NCBI GenBank assembly: GCA_032718475.1
Contig: JAUCBJ010001103.1
Coordinates: 1-44,803, forward strand
Length of the DNA: 44,803 nt
Direction of reading: 5' to 3'
Origin: Nemertoderma westbladi
Taxonomy: Eukaryota; Animalia; Xenacoelomorpha
In this document: piece by piece, positions 35,735 through 44,803 of the stretch
Numbering within the stretch: position 1 is the first letter of the stretch
Layout: every line of letters starts with the position of its first letter
Position numbers and translations under genes: made by a program
Notes under the pieces: generated by a model
Databases searched by the model: none
What the model saw: the letters and a program-made list of their open reading frames with translations, nothing else
Told to the model about the DNA's origin: nothing

Positions 35735-38253
35735 AGTCTCAAACAGACTACAGCGGCCAAGAATGCAGTTAAGGCTGCATCTAGGTCCCTGAGCAGGCAG
35801 TACTCTGTTAATCTACAGGAGCTAATAAACCAACAGGTTGATGCCATCAATGATGCTGACGACAGCAGGAAATCATCCCTGGCATGGAAATCGATCAACT
35901 TGCTTACTGGGCGGAAAAACCAACCAACGACCAAGGTTAAGGCTGAATCACCAGCCGATCGCCTCAATGGTTGGAAGGACCACTTTGAAAAGATCCTCAA
36001 TAATGACAGGGTATTGCCTGATAACTTTATAGAAGTAAAATTGTCTGAGTCTGTACCTTTTGGTCTGTACCCATATTTCCATTGGCGATATCGCCTTTGC
36101 AGAAGTGAAGGCTGCTGCAAAGAGCATTAAGACCAATCGTTCCTGCAGATTAGATGGAGTTCCCCCTAGGTCTTTAAAATACCTGAGTGTTTAAAGCTTA
36201 TCTATCCCATCATAGTAGATATGTACCGAACAACAAGAGTCCCACAAGAAATGAAAACAAATAAGTTGGTGCCAGTTCCCAAGAAGGGCAACCTAACACT
36301 CTATGGTTCTTTTCGGGGAATCTCATTTCGGGGCATCTCGATTGCTGCAAAGCTATTAGGATTCTATTAAATCGCATCAGGGATCCCATTGAGAGACTGC
36401 TCCATGGAAATCAGAATGGGTTCCGTAAAGGTCGTGGGACCATGGAGCCCATTTTGGCACTTAGAAGGATAATTGAAGAGTTATCAAAAAAGAAAGACAG
36501 GCATCTGGCTGTTAACTTTGTTGACTTTTTCAAGGCCTTTGATTCAGTCTCTCGCTCACGTATGTTCAGCATACTTTCATTATATGGGATTCCTGATGAA
36601 ATTATTGCAGCAATCAGATCAGTATACGATGGTTCGACAACATTTGTATCTACTGTTGACGGTGACACAGAACCATTTGAAGTGTTATGGGGCGTCCTCC
36701 AGGGAGACACACTTGCACCATTCTTGTTCATAATTGTGGTCGACTATGTTCTACGCATGTCCTTAGATCATCATAATGATGATGGGGTGATGATAACTAC
36801 TGGCTCCAGAAGTCGAGGAAATCCTGCCAAGTACCTAACTGATCTAGACTTTGCTGATGACTTAGGAGTACTCTCAGAATCACTAGAGGGAGCCCAAAGG
36901 CTCCTCAGCTCATTAGAACAGGCTGCATCTAGTGTTGTCTTTTTATTAACTCCAGAAAGACCAAAATTTTGACAGTTAACTTTGAAACTTTGAAAGTCCT
37001 CAGCAAGTCTCTGATCGGATGAGCATAAGCTCAAAGGATGTTATGCTTGAGCAAGTGGACGACGTGGACGACTGGGATCATGGATTCGGAAGTCAGGTGA
37101 GGACCTTCGAATACGTAAGGGAAAGGCATGGGCAGCCTTGAATAGGCATTCCAGGATTTGGAAGTCACCTAGAATTAATCGTAAACTTAAGGTCCGATTA
37201 TTTAGAGCAGCAGTAGTTCCACTACTCCTCTATGGGAGTCCATGCTGGGCTCTAACTGCTGAGGACACCAAATCTCTGGATGGCACATTCACAAGAATGC
37301 TACTCCGCGTTCATTATGTCAAGTTCAATGCACACATCTCCAACCAGACATAATATGACATTGGAGGTGTCTCATTGGTTCCCCCAAGCTTGACACTAGA
37401 ACAAAATCGCCTCCGCTTTGCAGGACATTGCTTTCGCCGTGAGGACCAGCCAGTGCATAATCTTGTACTTTGGCAACCTCATGGAGTGAATAAGCATGGT
37501 GGACAGCCATGACTTTCTTGAGACGCATCTTAAAGGACACTGCTTTGAAGATGCGGATAATCTAGCAAATGTCATGGGTGATAGGGAGTTGTGGCGGCGC
37601 AATGTTGTCGACAAGCCGGCACAGCATTCTTAAAAATGCAGCTGCAATGCAGCATGCCAATCCTAGTAGTAGTATAACAGCCGATTGCGTCCAGATAAGA
37701 AGAAAACCAACCGCATTTGTTTCACATTCCAAATTTTAAACATCAAATGGGCGAGAATGGTTTGTTAAATACTGGGAATCATTTGATAAGGGGTAGAAAA
37801 AGTACTCGATTTGTGGACCTAATTTGTACACACAGACAACTAATGAAATTTGTAATTAAATTTTTACAATCCAAATATAAAATTAACTGTAACAAGCAAT
37901 ATAACTCGGCTAGTAGAAGTGGGTATTATTCCGTTCAACTTCTGTCACTAAACAACTGATACTCTAGCAATATTTTATTATGTGACCTCAAATTAAATAT
38001 TTCGTCCCACGTCTACTAATCGTACAGTAGTCCAATAAACATACAATTTGGAAAAATACATTAAGTTGGGAAAAATGCGAAATTATAGATGATTTAAGCT
38101 TTTGAGACAATTACTACTGTAGAACCATATAGAGAATTACAATACGCCACGCCATAAACGTTCGCTTCTAAATGACATGACTATCAATGGTTTCCAAGGA
38201 AACAAACCTTTTAATAGACGAACTCAAGGTATAAAGACCGGAATATGTAGTCT

Positions 38254-38925
38254 CTAGGGTTCTCCAGGTTTGTCCGTGGGTCCACCAGGTTGGTCCGTGT
38301 AACCGTCAGCTTGGTACGTGGGTCCTCCAGGTTGGTCCGTGGGTCCTCCAGCTTGGTCCTCTATCGGTTGCGGGTAAGTTTCCTCCCCCTGATTAGAGCT
38401 GGGGGCATTGGAGGTCACACAGGAGTCTCCGCCAGGTGTCCTCTCGCCATCTTGACACGAAGAGTGGGCAATAGAGGCCTCGAGGGAGTATAAAAGAAAT
38501 AAAATGAAACCTGAAAGGTAAACGAGAGATTCAAAAAGAGTCCTATCCCTTCCAAGAAAACTAAAACTCACAACAAAAACCATACTAGCGATGAAATAGA
38601 AGACACCGACTACGGCAGCGTAGATCATCTCAATATACATCCAGTTGAGAGTAAGTTTGGAGCCCGATATAAAGAAAGTAAGTAAGAGGGCAGTTCCCAA
38701 CCATGCGGTTACAGAGACAAATAGGAAGAAGTGACTCATCCAGTCAGGTGAGAGTGATGCCGCCATAACCCATACAGGTAATCCCACGACCAGTTCTATA
38801 ATTTTGTAAATTCCAGAAGTCGATATGGCGTAGCGAATATTGATACCACCCTGACGCAGTGGAGGTTCAGCTGATCCATCCGTTGTGTGGGAAGCTCGGA
38901 CACCCGCTGGATCTGGGAAACTCAT
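38254..38925 (-). CDS. MARVEL-domain four-transmembrane protein (CMTM/MAL/plasmolipin-like), 223 aa, single coding exon
   Basis: NIRYAISTSGIYKIIELVVGLPVW fits the MARVEL N-terminal pattern. Four hydrophobic segments, W.YIEMIYAAVVGVFYFIAS, and a C-terminal GGPTDQP repeat tail. Confidence 0.8.
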   Translation of the reverse strand: MSFPDPAGVRASHTTDGSAEPPLRQGGINIRYAISTSGIYKIIELVVGLPVWVMAASLSPDWMSHFFLFVSVTAWLGTALLLTFFISGSKLTLNWMYIEMIYAAVVGVFYFIASMVFVVSFSFLGRDRTLFESLVYLSGFILFLLYSLEASIAHSSCQDGERTPGGDSCVTSNAPSSNQGEETYPQPIEDQAGGPTDQPGGPTYQADGYTDQPGGPTDKPGEP

Positions 38926-39968
38926 CGATGAGTGGAAAAAAACGTAAAAATATAGAACAATTATAAGGGATAAAATTTAATCGCAATTTTAGGCTGCAGA
39001 CAGACCTGCCTATGGCGAATTAAATTAATGTACTGACTTCCAAATTTTTTTTTCAAATTTTTTTTTTCTCTTTCATCTAGAGCAGATTTTTATCAAGATT
39101 CCAAATATGAAAACCGTTTAGTAAGATCTGTCTTACTTCTCTGGATATGTCTGTCTGTGTATTAAAAAAAACAGGTTACAACTTCTGAAAATAAAGCAAA
39201 GAAAACAAAGGAGAAGCATTTTAAGTCAAAAAAGTAAATTTGGCTCTAGCTGCTGAGGGGTGTCAAAATGTTTTTTTTTAAAACATTACAATTCAGTAAA
39301 GTCCACCCAAAATAGATATTATACTTATTTTCTACTTATTAGCTTTTTGGTGCAGTAAGCATTTCCAAATGTTGACTTCCAAGCCAGTAACCCGAGAGGG
39401 TAAATTAATTATTAACCCTATTAGTACCGGGCTATAAAATGTTGTACAAATACCGGGGGGGGGGGGGGGGTCATATTGACCACCCCCCCCCCCCCCCCCC
39501 CGTCTAAAATCTACAAATTTTTACGAAAACGTCTGATTTTTGTTTGTACGTAGGTATTACTAGTCTTGATCCGACCGAAAAAAAAATTTGAAAAAATGTA
39601 CTGGGGTGGTTAAATATTGCAGCACCAAAATTACAAGTAGTGCACAATTTTCACAAAATTTGAAAGTTAAATTTTTCGGCTAATTGTTTTTCAATACAGG
39701 TTTTCTGGGGCGCAAAATACATTGGAAAATATTTAAAAATGATAGGATTACTATAAATGGCTGTTTAGTCCTCTCTGCGTAGGAAAAAAATGTAAAAAAA
39801 CAAATAACCAGCACTTTTCAGTTAGAACACAAAATTTTTAATTCATTTATACGATGCTATAAATTCATGTTTTCAGGTTTTCGAGGGCGCTGATTCTAAT
39901 GGAATACATTTCTAATATGCCAGATCATTGCTACTTGTATTTTTGGCGTCGGATTCAGGACCCTCATA

Positions 39969-40258
39969 AACCCGTATAACGTAAGAAATAAGATGATACT
40001 ATCTACTGATCAATTTGCTTATTTTCAAAAAAAATTTGGTGCAGGCACAACAATTTTCACCCACCGGCGGGCGAAAAATACAAGTTTGAAAACTCTTATG
40101 GAATTTTTACTGATTCCATTGAATTCAGAACATTCACTAACCCATATAATGCAAGAAACAAGGTGACACAATCAATTGATATATTTGATGGTTTTCAAAA
40201 TTTGGTGCTAGCACCACATTTTGCACCCACTTCGGAAAAATACAAGTTTGTAAAAGCC
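39969..40258. repeat. Diverged ~170-bp tandem duplication, probably internal to a DNA transposon remnant starting near 39412
   Basis: AACCC.TATAA.G.AAGAAA.AAG.TGA...AAATTTGGTGC..GCAC.ACA.TTT.CACCCAC...AAAAATACAAGTTTG occurs twice. Confidence 0.6.
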
Positions 40259-41778
40259 TTTGCTGAATTGCCCCGTTATTTTTATTATCTTTTACATTAA
40301 AATACTCTGTAGTTGATTTAATAAGTGTAAGAGACCGTATTATTGCTGTATCGGTGTTTTTAGAGGATCTAAGACCTATTTCCTCCGTATGTGTACTGTG
40401 AAAGGCATATTTTATGATTCTATGGCAATTCGTGACGCAAAGGGGTGATAGCTACTCTTGAACAGTAGTTACTATGACTACGGTTAACAGCTGACATTCA
40501 TACGTGTTGATTTCCTTTGTTCTACGGCGTCTCTCAGTTCAGTCAGCCAATGAGAGCGTTTTTGTGGCTCCTTGTACAGAAAATTTCCGAGAAATGACGC
40601 AATGCCTATGTGCAGTGTTTACATTCAGTCCTAAGCCAAAGAAAGAACGGCTTGGAAGTATTTTGTGCTTTACTGTTTTTTAGTCGTACACTAGTAGGTT
40701 TAATTATAAAGGGCATATATCCTTTAACTACCTACCTAACGACTACTGATGACTGATCATACATACTGACTGCTGAAACATTGTAAACTCATAACTATCA
40801 GTGTTTTCATTGTTGTTTTATACTGCTATTTACTGTCAGTTCTTCATAACATGGTTGATGAATTATTATATTTGGAATAACGATAAATAACCCCGAAACC
40901 CAATATTCTTGATATACCGAAGGTAAGAGAGAAAGGTTACCAATAACGATTGTGACTTATGTTAAAGTGGTTTGAAGTGAATCTAATGTTATTTGATAGA
41001 CCCTACATGATTCAGTCTGTGTTCCTTTTATATGTGACTAAAATCAGTGAAGATTGGCAAATTAGTGTGCAGTATTGTGCAGCATTGTGTATGAGTGAGT
41101 CTGTTAAAGAAGCATTCCTAAAGAATGCGCCATATATGTGAATTATAATTAAACCATATCGTTGTGAGTAGTTTAAGTCATAACTCTGTTTATATAGATA
41201 AAGCGCCACGTCCTAAAGGAACTGTTAATATTCCCGAAGGTGAATAATATTGTCAGAGATTATATAATACTGTCAGTCGAATAATACATTAGGCTTACAT
41301 AGCAACAAAATTAAACCGTCGAACCCAATCTCCCGGGAATCTCCAGCGGGTGAATGGTCGCGCACGGATTGGTTTCGACTAGTGTAGTGAATCAAATACG
41401 TGTCATATACTAAAAACTGATTTAATATCTAGAAGACATCTTAGTTTGGTGGGTTAAACTGCCAAAGGTCTAAAAGCGCGAACATTAAAGGATATAGCTT
41501 CTTTGTTGCAGTAAGCAATAAAGTTGAAAGTACCGGTCAACCGGTAAACCTGAACGGTACACCTGTAGGTCAGTAGGCCTAACTGTTCTAACCGGTACTG
41601 CCGTATAAGTACACTAGTATTATTCGATTTGATTGTTGTATACCGGTAGGCTGTTTAGGGGATTAGGGATTGATCACCCCTTATACCTTTATATGGTTTA
41701 CTTATCTCTGTCAAGTTTTATTTATTTGTAGGCCAGTATTGAACAGAAGGCGTGTAAACCTGATCAGATTGTACAGAC

Positions 41779-42345
41779 AATTTGTAGGCTGAGCTGTTGT
41801 CTGATTGCTGTTAAGTCTGAACGGATTACAGTGTGTGTAGAGCACTTGTCCGATTAAGTACGGTTAGGAAGTAGGGGCAGCCAATGCGGTAAGGTAAACC
41901 CCCAACTAAAGAATAAGTCGCACTACTGGGTTAGAGCGCATACTCCCTAATCATTTCGGAGTCTGCATGTCCTGTAGTTTATTTAGGCTTGAGAGTAGTC
42001 TGCCATCGTTTAGTCTGTACTTTGTTTGTGTAAGTCTGTACGGGTAGCGTATAATTTTATTTAGATAATTTGTAGGCTGGATAGTTGTCTGGCTGTTATT
42101 AAGTCTGAACGGATTGCCGCGTGTGTAGATCATCTGTCCGATTAAGTACGATTAGGCAGTAGGGGCAGCGAACGCTGTAAGGTAATCCCCCAACTAAAGA
42201 ATAAGTCGCACTACTGGGTTAGAGCGCATACTCCCTAATCATTTCGGAGTCTGCATATACCGTAGTTTGTTTAGGCTTGATAGTAGTCTGTCAGTGTTCG
42301 GTCTGTATTTTGTTTGAGTAGTTTGTACGCATAGCGTAATATTTA
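41779..42345. repeat. 288-bp direct tandem duplication upstream of the 43657 ORF
   Basis: Units start at 41779 and 42067 (AATTTGTAGGCTG). An internal ~68-bp block is identical. Confidence 0.85.
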
Positions 42346-43656
42346 TTATTCGGAGTTTATGCGATTATCCGCAACATTCATTCCCCAAGTTTGTTCCTAC
42401 AGTAATTGTGTTTGTTATACATACCGTTATAGTTAAATTAACCCCGGTACTACACGGGCTGCTCGGCGTAGGTAAAGACTGGTGATTTTGTGCATCGGTC
42501 ACTCCAGCAGATGCCGTGGTTCTTTTAGCTGTCCAAGTATATTTAACTACTGATTATCTGTTGTACAAGTACTTGTACCTAATTTAGGGTTTAGTGTACA
42601 GTGCTTTCCGAAGTAATTATTGTAGACATTATATTTGTGTTGTAAAGTGGTTGATAGGCACATTCGATTAGCTCTATTAACTTCTAGGTAGGAACACTCC
42701 GTGATACATAACGTAGAACCTATAGCGATACGGCTATAGGTCGTCAGGCGGTGGTATTTTCCTATCTAGACAACACAGTGTATTTACTACTACTTATTAT
42801 TTCAAATACCGTAGTACCCTGTCCGTTGTAATAACCGGTTTTCTAACCCTTTGTTAGGCTGGTTTGTAGACTTCTTGTAAAATTACCCTAAAAATTCGTA
42901 TTTTGTGTTTTTGTAAATTTTTGTGTTTATTTAGAGATTGTAATCTCAACCCGAATTGTACGTAATCTGTAGTATTAAGTAACTTAGGTAAATTATAATT
43001 ATTTGTTTTAGTGTCCTATACGTAACACTTCACTGAAAGCGCACCGCTTTGTGTAGTGATTACTCCCCAGAAATAATAACATTATTTCAAACATTGACTA
43101 GACCCATTAAAACGGGTATAAATACATTATAAATCAAATCTAACGATTTATAAATAGTAGACCTACCATATAACAATTAGGTCTCCATATCAGTTGGACT
43201 ACTGCTCAAATAACGGTAATAAAGTAAGTAAAGTAACAAAGTAACCCTAAAGTAACAGAAATTCAATTATTTGAAATAATTGATATACCGGTATTTACGA
43301 TAGGCCTATTATCTTTATTTCTATAAATCTAGGCTGAAATTATACCGGTACTTGTAATTAATTCTAGTCCAGAATTATATATACTACAAACTGTAAGCTG
43401 TATACCGGTATTCCGATAGGCCTATTATATATTTATATATATTTGTGCTAAAATTATACCGGTATTCTGTGATAAACCTAGTCTGTAATAATAGTTATAT
43501 ATACTATAAGCATACCGGTATTCTAATATATTATATATATCACGCTACACTGAGTAGCAGTACCGGTAATTAATTACTAGGCTAGCAGTTAATACTGAGT
43601 TACTAGACTTACTCAGACTGTAATACAGCAGTAGACATTCAACGGTATATATAGTC

Positions 43657-44803
43657 ATGTCTGATACGAAGCAGAACCTGTCAGACAGTATATTAGATGT
43701 AACTATCTGCGACTCAGATAGAGACGTACAACAGTCTGGTCGCAAATCCAGTTCACCTCCCACTGTGAGGAAGGTCATCCCTCCAGTAGTAATAACAGAA
43801 CCTAGGCTGGTCCAACATCGTAGGTCTATCATAGGCACTCGAGCTCAGGTCAAGCGGGACCAAAGGGCAGCGGAACAGCAACAACCCGCTAGTCAAGAAT
43901 TTATTCCTCAGCGGCCCAGCAGCTCCAGTAGTGAGGATACTGTAGAGCTGACACCCGAGCGCGGAGCAGAGATGACGGATGCGGTTTATACGGATCCCCT
44001 TCTCATCCTTCCTGCAGCCGTGCTCGCTGGGTTATTGATCGCGGTGGAAGAACATCAGATCGATTGGGCGAGAAGTCAACGGTCAACTAGAGATAGCTAC
44101 GCGGGATACACGAGTGAAGAACTGAAGTCTATTGTCGAATCGCAATGGAATTTCCCCGGACCCGGACTCCCGTTTGATCTATCAGAAGCTGCCTGGGAAG
44201 ACATACACCGGATGGGAGTAGCCAAGGAAACCATCGATCCAGCTGTGTGGAAGAGGTCCGCAGCCGGATACGCACAGGGATTCTTCAGCTCTATGGAGCG
44301 AATAGAAAAGCAACTTTTTCAACAACCTCAAGGACCTCAAGAGCAGGGATCGCTGCTTTATCAAGTAAGAGAAAGAGTTCTGCGGATTAGGCTAATCTTA
44401 TCCGCCTTTGAGGAGGCTTCTAAAAGAAAACAAGACACGTCGTTGCAAGTTGCCGTAAAGACTTGGTTTCAACGGGTGAGTCGCCAGGTTCAAGGAGCAG
44501 CTCAGTGGAAAGCTCAGTTGGAGGAGCGCTCAACCCATGGAGAATCGACGGATGCTACTTTTTCCCAAGTGGAGAGTGAAGCGACGGCAGAGAAACCGCA
44601 TAAGAAGGATGCCATTGATATCTATCTGTCAGACTATCAGCGTTTTTTGGGAGATGAAGAGTTGAGGAGAAGGTTAGAGGGACTTAGCCCTAATAGCGAA
44701 GGAGCCAAACTCGTGTTAGATGCGATTGATGTGGATAGGTTAGCGGCGAACCAAGCTAAATTCGATGAACAACTCCGCATCGCTAGAGAACAAGAAGAAC
44801 AAG
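43657..44803 (+). CDS. Open ORF (>=382 aa, runs off the window and is absent from the supplied track), probable BEL/Pao Gag N-terminus
   Basis: Manual translation from ATG 43657 (MSDTKQNLSDSILDVT...) has no stop up to the window end. Similar to ORF 26188-27009, which abuts a BEL integrase. Confidence 0.75.
   Translation, partial: MSDTKQNLSDSILDVTICDSDRDVQQSGRKSSSPPTVRKVIPPVVITEPRLVQHRRSIIGTRAQVKRDQRAAEQQQPASQEFIPQRPSSSSSEDTVELTPERGAEMTDAVYTDPLLILPAAVLAGLLIAVEEHQIDWARSQRSTRDSYAGYTSEELKSIVESQWNFPGPGLPFDLSEAAWEDIHRMGVAKETIDPAVWKRSAAGYAQGFFSSMERIEKQLFQQPQGPQEQGSLLYQVRERVLRIRLILSAFEEASKRKQDTSLQVAVKTWFQRVSRQVQGAAQWKAQLEERSTHGESTDATFSQVESEATAEKPHKKDAIDIYLSDYQRFLGDEELRRRLEGLSPNSEGAKLVLDAIDVDRLAANQAKFDEQLRIAREQEEQ

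Larger units (their letters stand above)
34754..37673 (+). mobile_element. RTE-clade non-LTR retrotransposon (AP endonuclease + RT), decayed and internally deleted
   Basis: APE motifs SVNTLTL, VGVQEHR and GNGGIG. RT motifs QNGFRKGR, FVDFFKAFDSV, GVLQGDTLAPFLF and LDFADD. C-terminal LLYGSPCW and RLRFAGHC. (TAG)n tail. 12-bp TSD ATAACAGCCGAT at 34742-34753 and 37674-37685. Confidence 0.9.

Noticed and set aside
39412-39505. piggyBac-like end (TTAA-CCCT...) with a G-run/C-run hairpin
   Set aside because: No matching second TIR found in the window, so no element could be delimited.

Overview
Repeat-rich eukaryotic DNA, probably from an invertebrate animal (inferred from its transposon content), with about one host gene: an intronless MARVEL-domain ORF at 38254-38925. 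The rest is nested mobile DNA: a 21-bp satellite, several TIR elements with readable target-site duplications (P/hAT-like, Mutator-like, Harbinger MITE), BEL/Pao LTR-retrotransposon pieces and a TSD-flanked, decayed RTE-type LINE. The strongest signal is RNA-level. A 412-bp x4.35 near-identical tandem array at 12181-13974 carries, in every unit, a tRNA-like Pol III promoter fused to a type I hammerhead ribozyme. The array has a 12-bp TSD and a 38-bp 5' inversion, as expected of a retrozyme inserted by retrotransposition. A second, differently built tRNA-hammerhead chimera (35624-35667, minus strand) sits inside the LINE. Two divergent ORFs (26188-27009 and 43657 to the window end) share an N-terminal domain I do not recognise. 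All calls were made by eye; no searches or folding programs were run.
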